64,000 nt of DNA, from assembly GCA_964188305.1 (NCBI GenBank), contig OZ076894.1, one strand, 5' to 3'. This DNA is from Podarcis bocagei. Taxonomy: Eukaryota. The position numbers and the translations under genes are program-made. Numbering within the stretch: the stretch's first letter is position 1; every line of letters begins with the position of its first letter. The notes beneath the pieces are model-generated. The model had not been told where the DNA came from, made no database searches, and saw only the letters and a list, made by a program, of their open reading frames with translations. Of this stretch, positions 49,384 through 62,663 are shown in pieces.

Positions 49384-49812
49384 TGGGGATGGGGCAGATA
49401 TTTGATTCAGTTCACATTTAAAAGTGAACTTACCGAATTCGCATATTCTGAAACAATATGTGGAGAGAAATGCAGCTCTCCTTTGAAATCCTCACTTATC
49501 CAGATTTTGCGGTACAGTTCTTCAGCCACATAACGTGCACAAAAATACATGTACAGTGGTAAAGTGTGCCTAAAATGCATACATTAGTGAAAATAATGTA
49601 CAAAAATGCCATGTGTTGCTTGATAAATTGCTTGATAAAGATGTGTATATTAGGCAACATTGCATATACAAATATGTATGTTAGGAGAAATTCACACAAA
49701 AGTGCTGATGAACTTTGTTTTTAAAAGCAAACTGGTATAGAAATATGAAGAACTTGAGCCTGGAAAAATGAGAAATCGAGAGAAGCACAATGGATGTATC
49801 TGCCCATCCTTA
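49384..49812. mobile_element. AT-rich hAT-like element
   Basis: Ends TGGGGATGGG / CCCATCCTTA. Degenerate 8-bp TSD CTGGCAGC / CTATCAGC. Confidence 0.7.
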
Positions 49813-49942
49813 CTATCAGCTGCTCCTGAACCAGAGCTATACAGCAAGGAATTGAACAGAAAGAATCTTAAGAGTCTACTCTTCTAGAAATATTCCGCAT
49901 TTCCAAAGTAGATAGAAGAAATGATCGCAGAACTGCAGGAAC

Positions 49943-50130
49943 TGTCATGGCAGATTCAGAGAACACACCCGTCAGAAGGCTAGACAAGAACTTTATTGTG
50001 TCTCTTAAACAATAACAGAACAGCAGCAGGAAACTCCTGACTCCAGCATGAGGTCCGAGAGCAAGTTACAGCAATACAGTATGCAGTTGTAAAAACAGAT
50101 AAAATCATTACAATCATAAAGAAAACAAGT
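49943..50130 (-). mobile_element. Possible truncated LTR 3' end
   Basis: Minus strand has AATAAA (49997-49992) about 50 nt before a terminal TGACA, the same layout as the end of the 13444 LTR. The other end was not found. Confidence 0.3.
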
Positions 50131-51079
50131 AGAACTTCTAAATGTCCCCCTTTGTCAGGGTATGCATACCCCTAAACATTTTGTGAATCTAAGTTTGGCC
50201 TCATAAGTTTCCTACTCAATATGAGTAGGAAAATGAGAGTATTCTTAAAGATTTTTTTTTTTTAGAAAAAAGCACTGGTTACTTGCAGCTGCTTCTACCA
50301 TTCAGTTGGTCCCTCAATCCCCTAGAAGCTTGCAGAACTTCCCAAGATTGCACAGCTTTCCTGGCTTGAGCAGGTCACAGAAGAGCGCCCTTGCTTCCCA
50401 TAGAACTTTAAAAACATACCAGAAAGGGGCATGTTTCTCTTTCCAGCACCTCTTCATTTATGACCCAAACATAAATAAAACTGGGTTGTTGTTGTTTTTA
50501 CACTTTTTTAAAAAAAAACAACAACTTTTATTTCCCTCCATTCCAGATAGCAAAATGCTGACTTCAGACCTTATAGAGACTTGGGAGGTTATAGAAACAA
50601 GGATTTCATTTGACAATCCACTGCAACTTGGCTGATATCCCTCTGCTGCCAATAATCAAGTAGTTTCTGGTAACATTTAAGGATTTCTCCTCGCCCTACA
50701 TTTGCTGCACATATTTCATTCTGGCCTGGCCTTTTCAGCAGAGCTCTTTTTAAAGCATAGGGTGCCTTATTCTCTGGCTTTACAGAGGTTTGCTTGCTTT
50801 GTTTATTTACAGAGGCTTATATAGTGCTCAATACAGCTTGAGACCAGGATAACAAAATGATTGGTGCCCCAACCAATTGCTGAGCGCAGGAGCATTTCAT
50901 GAGAGGGCCTGTTCTGCACAATGTGTGGCAGGACCTAGGCAACTCCCTTCCATTACATATCAGACAAACACTGTTTCTATTGTCCTTTTGGCACCTAAGA
51001 AAGACCTTCCTTTTTCAACACACCTACAAGAGGCTGTAGTTTTATCCTAGTCTACATCTGATTTGAAATCTGTTAGTTC

Positions 51080-51385
51080 ACCCACGGTGTTTGGGGCCAG
51101 CTGGAGCTTCCAGACCAGGCCCAAAGTTAGACTCACACAGAATGCAATGCAATGATTGAGTCTTGAGGATACCAGTACATGAATCACCATGGCCAAGCTG
51201 TCGCCCTCCAAGAAGATCCATGGTTCACATACCACCCATAGCTGGTCAAAGGGACTTCTAGGCACTGAGGCTGCCTGAGCCTCGAGTGACAAAGATGGAT
51301 CCAGGAGCAACCGTGAACTATAAACCTAATCCTCCAGAAGGAGTGCAACTCTGTCCAGAACAGGCAAGTGGCCAGACTCAAGGAC
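51080..51385 (-). mobile_element. Degraded L2-type LINE ORF2 fragment
   Basis: LLDPSLSLEAQ...VIHVLVSSRLNHCIAFCVSL...KLQLAPN resembles the L2 motif HALVTSRLDYCN...KLQLVQN. Confidence 0.8.
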
Positions 51386-51597
51386 ACAGGAGCCACCCAC
51401 CCACAATGCCTTCATCTTTCCAGGGTTCAGACTCAGTTGTTTGGCACTCATCCAGTCCACTGTTGTTCCCAGACAACAGTCCAGACCTTTCCTGACTCAG
51501 ATGTTCTAGAGAACTAGAGCTGTGTGTCATCAGCATACTGATGACAATTTGCTCCAGAATTGGTGGGGGTTGCAGCAATTGCAGCATCTTAGGCACT

Positions 51598-51603
<6 letters not shown>

Positions 51604-51669
<66 letters not shown>
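51604..51669. repeat. (TA)n microsatellite
   Basis: Seen directly. Confidence 0.98.
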
Positions 51670-51674
<5 letters not shown>

Positions 51675-52445
51675 CAACAACAACCATTATGAATCTGACA
51701 GACTGTATTTTCAGAGTGGTGTGCAAAACCCCAGTGAGTGCTCCAGAGGTCCATCCACCACTTCTGGTATGACCAGCCTCTGGACCACCCAAAAATCTCA
51801 GCTGAACTGCTCTTGGAGGATGCAATGGGGGCAGCAAAGTAGTCTCCATCTCCTTCACTACTGCTTAGTAGGCAGAATTCTGCAGCCTAACAGCAATCCT
51901 TCAGCTTCAGAGTGAGTTTTCCACCAGCCATCTCCCAGATTCCTAAGGAGCAGTGCAGGCCTGCAGCACAAGAGAGGACCATCGGGAGTGATTGTGTCAA
52001 TAGCTCCTGCCATCTCACAGCAACACACCAAGCTTGACAGGATCAGTGGTGCTAATCACCTAAAAATACCCAAGAGATTCAGGACTCTACCAGGCTCCAT
52101 TAGTCTCTGGGGGCAGACCATACCAAATCAGTCCTCCACTCCTCCAGGTTAGGACTTAGTAGGGAGCACAGGTTGTCCTGGCTTCCCAATGCTATGTGTT
52201 GCTGCTACTTCCTGAAGGGGGAGGGGCAAGGCAGTGGGCAGCATGGTGTGGTGCTTAGCGCTAAGGCAGATTTCAACACTGCATTTCAAGGGAATGGAAG
52301 GCTGTGAAAAAGGAGCCAAATAAGTTAGCTACCTTGAAATCACAGCTGTCCTATTGCCATTTCCCTCACAACTGCCTGTGAAGGCTGCTCTATTAGGCTA
52401 GGTAAATAAGGCGCTATGCTGCTGTCCTCAGGATGACCTGAACTA

Positions 52446-52923
52446 ACATCCCCTTGCCAACAAAGGTCTGTATAGTTAAAGCTATGGTTTTCCCAGTAGT
52501 GATGTATGGAAGTTAGAGCTGGACCATAAAGAAGGCTGGTCGCCGAAGAATTGATGCTTTTGAATTATGGTGCTGGAGGAGACTCTTGAGAGTCCCATGG
52601 ACTGCAAGAAGATCAAACCTCTCCATTCTTAAGGAAATCAGCCCGGAGTGCTCACTGGAAGGACAGGTAGTGAAGCTGAGGCTCCAATACTTTGGCCACC
52701 TCATGAGAAGAGAAGACTCCCTGGAAAAGACCCTGATGTTGGGAAAGATGGAGGGCACAAGGAGAAGGGGACGACAGAGGACGAGATGGTTGGACAGTGT
52801 TCTCGAAGCTACAAGCATGAATTTGACCAAACTGTGGGAGGCAGTGGAAGACAGGAGTGCCTGGCGTGCTCTGGTCCATGGGGTCACAAAGAGTCGGACA
52901 CGGCTAAACAACTAAACAACAAC
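52446..52923 (+). mobile_element. BovB (RTE-clade) LINE, 5'-truncated
   Basis: RVPWTARRSNLSILKEISPECSLEG...WRALVHGVTKSRTRLNN with a (CAA)n tail. Highly similar to 11400-11805. Confidence 0.95.
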
Positions 52924-54564
52924 TGCCTGCTTTCTTATATCCAGGACAGTGAGTGGCACTGGCTGTGCCCTTTGTCTCTTGTAAAACTCTTTCAGGGAGG
53001 GGGATAGGGACAAAACTAGAAATTGTTGTCTCTGCTTGTCGTTTGCTCTGGTGCCACCTGCTGGTGGCCTCCTTCCTTCTGCCCCACCAGCCACAACTGC
53101 CTGTGCTTGCTACTGGGAAGACTCCCTTTAAAATGTGAAAACCACATTGTTCGAGAGAGCACTGGGGAAGGGCAGATACACCATGTCAAGCTTCACTCAG
53201 GCGGCTAATGGCATGGCTACATCAATCACTGCAAGGTTAACACAAAATACACATCGGTCCTAATCCACGGCGGAGAGATAGTTAACACATCCACAAATTT
53301 TTACGTTTGTCCCTAGGTGATATTTGATCTGCAGTCCTAAACAGAGATTGGATCTGAGCAGCCGTGCCAAAATCTGGAGTCTGCCACATTCAGAGCTTTC
53401 TGACCCTAGTGGAAAAGATCCAAATAAAACAGTTCTGCTAATTTGAACTTCCTTACAAGCTTCTACATAGGGGCCTGAAGTTACACTATAAATATGAAAA
53501 AGATGTTTTTTCCCCCCTCGGTAGGAAACTTTAGGCATACATGTCTTGACTCAGTTTCACCCAGAATCCCAGTTACGAATATCCTAACAGATTGGGGAGC
53601 TCTGAGTTCCCAGGGGTCATTTTGAAAGCCAAATCCAACTTAGGAACACAGACTTGCCTAACATTTCATTATTATATCATGATGTTGTATGTTGGGATCG
53701 GTTGGGATCCAAAGAACCATATAATGTGTTCCGCACACCAAAGGGAGCTTTACACTTACGCAAGGTTGGCCCCAAGTCTGGTGGGCCCTTCTCTCCATCT
53801 GTGGCCTTGGTGATGGCAGCAGTGACAACAGAAAAGCCTACTCAGATGGGCACATGGATTTTAACCTTTTGAATGTTTTAAATAGTTGTTGTTACCTATA
53901 CTTTTATTGTAAACCACTTTGAGGTCTTTTTGTTTTTCTTTCACAAGCAGGTGTTGTATGAATACGATGTAATCATAATAATTCAAAAAAACAGCAATGC
54001 TCTGAGGGGTACACTAAGCCATACAATGCGTCTGGGTCCAGGTGCCATTTAAATTTCCCACAATGCCACTGAGTGTAGCATTGCTGTAGAGCACTGTGGG
54101 ATTTCTAAGTGGTGGATATACTCAGCCACCCAGTACTGTTCACAGCAGTGGACGGGAAGGGGGGGAAACACTTTAATGGCGGGCCTAGGCCTCTATGTTT
54201 GAACATACCTGCAAAGTATCCCAGAAAAAGAGGCATCCCATATTTTTTGAACAAGGTCGCATTGACCAATTTGGGTGCCGCGCTCTCATGCCACACTCTC
54301 ACCCTCAAAAAAGCACTGGGGGGCAGGGCTGTGATCTCATGTGGCACCCAAAAACATGTGTTTTTGGTTGCTGCACATGATCGTACCCTGAAAAAGTGTT
54401 TTTCAGGACAATAACATGGCATGGGCCACATGACTCACCGGGGAATGCATCCCAGAAGATGTGCATTGTGTGTTGTTGTTTTTAAATGAAAAATTTGGAC
54501 ACTGAGCATAAATACCAGCTGCTTATCTGTTCCCTTAATGTTTGATGATAATAATCAAAATAAT

Positions 54565-54856
54565 TCATTATTTATATGCCACCCATCTGACTGGGTTGCC
54601 CCAGGCACTCTGGGCGGCTTCCAACAAATTAAAACACCAAAAACAGTAAAACATCAAACATCAGGGTTGCCAACTTGGATAAAATATTGGGGGGGGGCAA
54701 GTAAGCCCCGTGCCACATAATCAATCACATGGCACAGTGCAAGCACACCATTTGAATGGCAATGCCTGTCACCTTTGGGGGACACCAGGCCCTTCAAATA
54801 TTTTGGGCTCCTATGTCAAACATTAAAAACTTCCCTATACAGGGCTGCCTTCAGAT
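54565..54856 (-). mobile_element. L2-type LINE 3' end interrupted by a MITE
   Basis: Reverse-complement homology to 17095-17220 on both sides of the 54662-54815 insertion. Confidence 0.7.
54662..54815. mobile_element. hAT-like MITE nested in L2
   Basis: Perfect 8-bp TSD TCAAACAT (54654-54661 and 54816-54823). Imperfect TIRs. Confidence 0.82.
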
Positions 54857-55961
54857 AATGGATTAAGGCTGAAATAAATACATTAGAACTGATAATTACA
54901 AAGTTGCTCTTACTTAGAATTGCAGCAACAGTGTAATGTGCAATTTTGTGGAATTAGTGTACCATCCTGTTAAGTGGCCTTCTTTGTACCTTGTAGCACA
55001 CATATATACAGTCTGCCTGGGACATATACATAGGATTACGCTGTAAAATGGTATCATTCATGCCTGTATATTCAAGCTGGCGTCCAAGGCACATTGTTGG
55101 GCTAAGTAGGCAATTTCACATTAACTCTCAGTTTCCATTCTTTCATGAGAGTGAGTCAGTGTCTTGGTGTTATTTGAACTACATATATTTTAGATTTAAT
55201 ACACAGCATTTCTTCACCTCACCTAGGCCTTTTAATTTTGTCTCATAAATTATGCCTTATTATCTAATTAGTTTGGTTATTTTAGCCAAATTTATGAGCA
55301 GGTGATGTGGCCAATTTGTTACATAGCCATAAAGCTATGCTTTTTTATTGTTATAAGAATTCCCACCCCTCAAAGTATGCCTTAATTCCATGGGTTTGAG
55401 ACATACTTTCCCAGGTTAAGGCTGGCTGCATTATTAAGAAATTGACTAGCATAATAAAAGCTGGAGACATACACATAGTAAATTATCTCATTTTGTATTC
55501 TATCCTACTCTTTTGCAGCATTATCCTAATTTTCACTCACATCCGATACGATAACTATACTAATTAAAAAATCACGTGAACTACCTAAATCAAGTCTGGA
55601 TATCGGGAAACAAGTTAAATGAGTTCTTAATGTTGCCCAGAGACCTGCCAAAGCAATTTTTAGTCTGCATAATTCTTGAGCACACTATAAAAATAACTCC
55701 ACAAAGTACAGCCACAGCAAACTATTTCATTATGCTACCTTATTTCTCAATTTGTACCAGTGACAGCTAAGAAATAGCTCATTTTGCTGGCCATAACTAT
55801 CAACAGTAATACTCCCAGTTGAGCAACAACACTCCATGAAAGAGTCCTTTATGAGCAGGTGATGTGAATCAGGTCCAAAAAGCAGGTAACCAGAGGATAT
55901 GATGCCAACCATGGGAAAAAGAGCTGTAGTTGAGCAGTACAGCACATGCGTTGCTCATTTC

Positions 55962-56347
55962 CAAGGCCGGTTCAAGACATTTTTCTGCCTGAGGCAAAGG
56001 GCAAGGTAAGGTCCTTCCCCAAGGCACGTACAGAAGCCAATTGGATTGGTAGCTGAATCTTGAGAGCAGCAAGCTAGTGCAGTGGCGTAGCGTGGGTTGT
56101 CAGCACCCGGGGCAAGGCAAGTAATTTGCGCCCCCTAACCCGTGGATTTGCGCCCCCTAACCCTACCCCCCAGATGTTGCGCCCGGTGCGGCCGGCCCCC
56201 CTTGCACCCCCCACGCTACGCCACTGAGCTAATGTAGGGAATAAAGGGCAGGCCACATGGCACTCACAGCTTAGACCACTCCCACTACCTCTGCATTTGC
56301 TGCCTGAGGCACCTGCCTCACTCTCCCTCATCATAGGGCCGGCCCTG
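55962..56347. mobile_element. hAT-like element hosting a nested MITE
   Basis: Ends CAAGGCCGG / GCCGGCCCTG. Flanks GCTCATTTC / GCTCATTC. Confidence 0.7.
56080..56226. mobile_element. hAT-type MITE (nested)
   Basis: Perfect TIRs CAGTGGCGTAGCGTGG. TSD AGCTAGTG / AGCTAATG. CpG-rich. Confidence 0.9.
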
Positions 56348-56887
56348 GCTCATTCTTTAGGACCTCCAGCTAGGGCTGGGGAAAACTATTGTCTGAAACC
56401 TAGGAGAGGCAAAGTCAGTCCCTTCCAGACAACACATATATTGATCATTCATCCTGCTTTGTTTGCACACAGTTTGATGGAGGCTAGGTTTGATGGAGGC
56501 TAGGTGACACCAGCCATTTATTGAGCATTATTTCTTATTTGTTTGCAGGGATGTTATATGATGTTGTGTCAAGCAACTATTATCCCACATTTTCCAGTGC
56601 ATTTTCTCATCACTTCCCTTACTGGAAAAAAAGAATCCAATTTGGTGGGAAAATAAGTTTGTTTTACAAGAGCACCAACTCACCTAAGCTAAATTTGCCA
56701 TTATGTAGTTGAATCCTGCTTAAAAATAGCAACAGTCTGGAGATGACCATAGACAATATTAAGCTCAATGAGCCCGTGGTCCGATGGTGTCCAGCAGCTT
56801 TCTGTAGTAATCCTGTTTGTTCAGTTGCTGTTTCAAGAATATATAGAAGCCTGGGAAACATGGGACTTTAGTAAGATAAGGAACAGC

Positions 56888-57024
56888 CAGGGCTTTTTTT
56901 CAGCCAGAACTCACTGGAACTTAGTTCCGGCACCTCTCAGGTGGGTGCCATTGCCATATAAGATAACAAGAGAGGTGTTCGTGGTGAGTTCTGGCACCTC
57001 CTTTTTTATAGAAAAATAGCACTG
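56888..57024. mobile_element. hAT-like MITE
   Basis: Ends CAGGGCTTTTTTT / AAAAATAGCACTG. Same family as 62525-62663. Confidence 0.78.
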
Positions 57025-57391
57025 CAAACAGCCAAGTTTTTCCAAGTAAAGCAATATGAAGTATAGCAAAAATTACTGGAAAGTGGGACTGTCTCTCTTA
57101 TCACGCTACAGTGGCAGCCTCTCCCCCTGTTGCCATTTAAGGTGAGATGTCTTAAGTCAACACTGCTGTGGAGAAGACTGCAGTATCAGCTTATCCCACA
57201 TGCAAAGTGAATTCCCAAATTACACCAGGAGCATGGGGAGAAGCAGTCAGGGTCACTTAAGAAGGGAGATCTAAGATGGTGCAAAGAATTAAGAAGGCTC
57301 TACACACAGGACATTTTATTGCAGAATCAATTTATACTATTTATTGATTGCACTTTTTGCCCCTGAAAAGCACTTATTGAGAAGCTGGCTT

Positions 57392-57450
<59 letters not shown>
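57392..57450. repeat. Compound (CA)n(GA)n microsatellite
   Basis: Seen directly. Confidence 0.97.
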
Positions 57451-57453
<3 letters not shown>

Positions 57454-60431
57454 CTGCATTTCCCTGCAGGATCTAGAATTTATCTAGACTGAAAGCAGCA
57501 TGTTAAGGACAAGTAAGAATGACCGCTCCCCGCTTAAAATGGGGGGTGCCCTTTGCGTGGACGCGCGCAGCCCTGGATCTGGAGCGGCCCCATCAGCATA
57601 GGCTTGGCTTTGCCTTCCCTCAGGTGGGATACCTGGAGGTCCCCGCCTACCTCAGTCAGTTGTCCAATCCCACCTGGGGAAGCGTTGCCAAGGAGACCAG
57701 GCCAGGTAGGGGGAGGGATTACCTGCCCACACAATAGAGGGAGGATCTTACCTGGGAATCCTCACTTGGCTCCAGAGATTATTACACATGACGGGGGGGG
57801 GGAACCGCTCGGGATCTGGGGACTCCGCCTGTCCACGCAATGGTTCCAGATTAAGAAAAACTACATCTTTGTGCTACAAATGGGTTAGTGTGTATGCAGC
57901 CTAAGGTTATCTCAGAGGACAAAGGGTTGATATGGTGTACAGCAATGATCAGATTGTTGTAGTCCAGAAACATCTGGAGGGCAGCAGATTATAGCCACCT
58001 CTGAACTAAAGGTCCCATTACCCTGGCCGAAGCAGATTCTGGTCACAGAAAAGCCCCTGCTAGTCAGGGAATATTTTGTTTTTCCTATGAATGGAATCTC
58101 CCTTTATTCATGGAGCAGAACCTTTGGATCCAAACCATTCATTAATAGTTTCTAAAAAAAAATTACACTGGTCTGAGAGCCTTTGGACTAAAGATAAGCA
58201 CAATGACCATTCACAACAACAGATAGGTAAGACCAACAGACATTTGTATTTCTGAAGAAAGGTTTAAAAATCATGAACCATTTGTAATAACAAGAAAGTT
58301 GTTTTCTGTTTTATTCTACTTTTGAAAACAGAAATTCAAAATGTGGTGCTAACCTGCACATTTCTTTTTGTGCTCTTCTGTTACTTTACTAAGGAAGTTT
58401 CTGGGGTGGAGATATAAGCAGATGGTTGCCATAGATACAGTATCATCATAATGTGAAGAACAGGCTTACCTCACATGATATAATATGGGGCCTTGAAATT
58501 TACATTATTGGTGGCCTGGCTGCCTTTACTGCTTCATAGTTTTTTTCAATGCATTTTGCAATAATTGCTTCAAGCAGTTTGTATATTCGCAGGACTTCTT
58601 ATTAATTTTGTATGTCATTTCAGCAATGTTTACATTAAATAATGAAGCAATCTAGAAACCGCTCACTCATTAGAAATGGAACTACTTGCAAGTGCTTTTA
58701 AGGCCGTAGCCAAGACTGCAGAAGACATATTTCTCCGTTCAAGCCTAACTACACTTAATCCTGGATAAATTAATAGGGAAAAAATGGTTTCTAAGGCAAT
58801 GGAAATATTTAATGGTAATAATAACCTGCACTTGCATTCTTCAACATGGGAAACAAAGCACAGGCAAAAATGAATGGATTATATTAATGACAATAATGGC
58901 AGGATGGAAATATGGACTAGTGTGCAGCAGGATTCCCATCCCAAGGTATACCCATAGCTGAGATCACCCAGTCTGTGATACCATTAAATCAATCAAAGAA
59001 TGACAATGAAACCTTTGTAATTAAAAGCAGATGGTGGTTACAAAATGCTCATAAAAAGCATGCAGTGGAAGGCAAGGCTTAATTTTCATCAAAACAAATT
59101 AAAAGGTCATTTTGATAAGGGCAAATGAGGCACACTTCAGTCTTGAATACTAAGGGGAAACTGAGGTTTTGTTATTAGTCAAATGAGGGGCCCCAGGATA
59201 GGCCACGTGGCAACAGAAGAGAATGGCTGGGGAAGTCCAAATACTGCCCTCCTCCCTGAATCAACTGCCTAAGGCAATTGCCTCACTCTGCGTTATGGTA
59301 AGACGCTCCTGCTTGTAGATTTCTGCATTAGACCAAGACATGCAAATTAGGTCAATTTGTTTAAAACTGTAGATGAAAGAAAATTATCCTCCATCCCAAA
59401 ATTCTAGAGTGAGGTCACCCCACCCCTACCCCCATTATCTCTCATGATTTATTCCATGGTCAATTCTGAGCAGCTCACATTTTCCCATGTACTAACCTCC
59501 GTCTTCCATTCTTTCAGGCATAATTTTTCAGCTGCAAACTATTTTGGTTAAACCCCCATATTCCACCTGTGGTCATTATGTTGCGAGACATTCCGGAAAG
59601 TAGTCATGTAGCCGTTATTTGAAAATGAAATTTTAATAATTAAGCATTTACCTTCTTGGAGGATTGGAGGGAACTGGTAACTGTAAAGCTACCTCTAATA
59701 TTTGGAAAAGCCATGCGGACTTAGTGGTACAGCTGTAAAACTGTGCTTGCATCCTCAGTATCAATGCATGGCATATATCCTCAGACCATGCACCTGGTCC
59801 TCCACATATTGTATTTTCTGGAAGGGGTAGAGATTTTTTTGTCATATGAAATAATTGCATATATTTTTCATGCTTATCAGATTTGGAGCAATGTAACCAT
59901 TAACTCTGAAGAGCTGTCATAGCGATACAAATGTTTATAATCATACTTTAATTAGCTATGGAGTCGACATAAAAACAACACCCATCAAATCTGCAGATGA
60001 TTTTTTTAAAAGTTGGGAGAGAGTAAAAATAATGGATACAATTCAACTAAATTAAGCACCAGGTCCCTTGATTTCAGCGTAGAGGACATGCTCAAAATCT
60101 CTCCAGCTGAAGTCAATGGGATTTTAAATTTCTCGACTTGGTCAGATCACACCTACTTTTTAATAAATAAATAAATAAAATGTTTAATTTTTAAAAGACA
60201 GTAACATAAAAGAAGCACCCAGCTGCAAAAACAAGATACATTAAACACAATTATTTAAATAGAGGTGGGCTTTGTATCAAACCTGATAAATATCAGGCTT
60301 TGTGCTCAGGAACTTTCAGTGCAGTCTTAAATTTTGTTTTGGGGAAAACAAAGCAATTTATGATTTCACAGAAGTTTTTTTTTCTAACTGCCTTTTGATC
60401 TGAATCCTCATAAAGTTCTCTATTTCTTCAG

Positions 60432-60514
60432 ATGCAAAGGACAACTGTGAACTGGAATACTTTTATGAGCAACATATGAACCGACAAAAGATGTTGCAAC
60501 GATGATACTGTACG
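60432..60514 (+). other. Candidate exon containing a stop codon, gene unknown
   Basis: gttctctatttcttcag|ATGCAAAGG...TACG|gtaaag. Phase-1 reading gives AKDNCELEYFYEQHMNRQKMLQR* (TGA 60503-60505). Confidence 0.25.
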
Positions 60515-61677
60515 GTAAAGGAAAACCATTTCCTGGCCTCTAGTTAAGCATTGCAATGCTTCATCTGAGTCAACAATGGAAAAGGCGGGAAGGCCCATAC
60601 AGGGCTGGCCCAAGCCATTCTGCCACCTGAGGCAAGCCATAAAGTGGTGTACCTTCCGCCAGGAAAGGAGTAGGTGAAGACCTACCTGAGGAACAAGGGG
60701 GGAATAAAGATCTACATCAGAAACAAAGGTGAGAGGAGACCAGCAGTGCCTTCTATTTGTCAAGAGACTACTGTAGAGGTGGCATTGAGGTCAGGGCTGA
60801 TGTGGAGACAGGAGATCCGGTCTCTAAAGAGAGCCCTGCAGCTGTTGTTGCCACCGCGACAGTGGTGGTGCCAGCAGGCAATGCCTTCCTTGGAGGCTGG
60901 ATCTGCTTTGCACAGTCCAATGTAAGGTGGCATCTGAAACATTGCCTGAATATCTACATTTCTTTGGAACCGACAAGGGAATTAGTCTTGTAATACCTGT
61001 CAGATGGAACAGGCTAACACAATGGCTTGTGAAAGACAAGCTGCCCAGATGACTGAAGGAGGAAAGAGACTTCCAGTACATAAGCCGTGCTTGGTGCTGA
61101 GAGACGATTGTGGGAATTTGAATTTTACACTGAGCTGAAGGCGTCACGTTTTGCTGAAAGACGCCATAATAACTTGTCATTGGGTCACTTTGTCCAGTTG
61201 AGAGCCAAACCAGCTTTCAGCAGGCTGTTGAGACACCATTTAGTCATATGGGCAAATTAGAAGCATTGCATGTGAATGGATGGGAGGTGGAAATGGGGGT
61301 TGGGATATATTTTAATATTGTGTGACATTTGATTTTAAGTTAGCCGCCTTGAATTTCTTTTGAGAATCGGGTGGGGTGTTAGTTTTAATACATAAATAGT
61401 TTGTGCTTCACCTTAGGCATCTCTCTAGAAAATTAGTTCACTAGCTAGCTAAACCAGAGCAGAAATATTTATCCTCCCATTGAAACCAGTGAGGTTGAAT
61501 GGACTTAAATCCAAGCCTTATCGGGCTCGTAAGACCGCAGCCAGAGACAGACAGAGAAAGTGATTTTCACTGAGATCATTCTGCCATCAGTCCTCAGAAA
61601 TTCAATCCTGAAGACTGATAGAGTGTCCTGGCCAATTCTAACTGCTATAACTTTTGCTATAATGTCTCCTATTACAG

Positions 61678-61727
61678 TGACTTTGCCAAGAGTGCTAACA
61701 AGAGGCCAAAGAAAGTTAATGTTCTGG
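61678..61727 (+). other. Candidate exon, gene unknown
   Basis: Branch point TCTAAC (61637-61642) and acceptor tctcctattacag. Reads DFAKSANKRPKKVNVL, with a weak donor TGG|gtattg or read-through to a stop. Confidence 0.2.
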
Positions 61728-62524
61728 GTATTGAAATAACAGACCTGCTCAGGAGTGTTACTTGAAACTCTGCTTCTAGCAAACCTGCACTGGAAAACTC
61801 GTGGTTGTCTCAGGGGAGAAGCTGAGGTCTGCTCTTTTACTGAGCTTGTCATCACTACACCCCAATAGCGTCACTTAGTTTTCCATCATTAAGTTGGAAT
61901 TCATGAGCACCTGGTCACCTGCTTTCAGGAGCATTAAGGACAGCTGTGTTGTAAATGTCATTTCTTTTTAATCAACGAAACTGAAGAGATAACTAGTTTC
62001 TTGTAAATATTAGCCTTTCATTTGCATCTTGTTGCATCTAGCAGCTCTCCAGAGACTCAGCTCTCAACCTTGGGCTTTAAACAGGTCTCATCATTCCTAA
62101 AAATGAAATGGCAAATTCTGGATCCAGCTGATTTAGGTTTGGCATGAGCTGCTAGGGTGGAATTAGTCTTGTGCAAAACACCCAAGCAGAATTCCATTTT
62201 CCCAGCTGCAAGAAGCATATTGCTCTGGAAAATCTATCTGCCCGTTTGTGTTTAGCCATTTCCATTTGTGCTGTCATTTATTCAGTAGTGTTAATAGCTA
62301 AATTCAGTTAACGGCCATAGATATTTCTGAACAAGTGTGCTATCCTGAAGATTGCACTGCATTAATTCGCCTTCTGCAATGCATACTGGTGGCTTGGTGC
62401 AAGAAGGTTGCTGTAGTGATTGGAGCACATGCTTTGCATCCTGGAAGTCCACTAGTATCTATTCATAGTATCTCTAGTATAAAGGAATATTTGGACAGCA
62501 ACCACCTCTCACAGTAGTCGATAC

Positions 62525-62663
62525 CAGGGCTTTTTTCCTAGCTGGAATTCGCCAGAACTCAGTTCTGGCACCTCTCAGGTCGGTTCTACTGCTACTCTAT
62601 AAGAGAACGAGGGAGGCATTTATGGTGAGTTCTGGCACCTCTTTTTCTAGAAAAATAGCACTG
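62525..62663. mobile_element. hAT-like MITE
   Basis: Ends CAGGGCTTTTTT / AAAAATAGCACTG. Homologous to 56888-57024. Confidence 0.78.

Noticed and set aside
59900-59940. Hammerhead-like CTGAAGA-stem-GATAC motif
   Set aside because: The invariant GAAA is GATA, no stem I can form, and there is no Penelope context.
9575-62027. About ten octamer motifs (ATGCAAAT/ATTTGCAT) across the window
   Set aside because: They are scattered, some lie inside TEs, and the count is not clearly above expectation for AT-rich vertebrate DNA.
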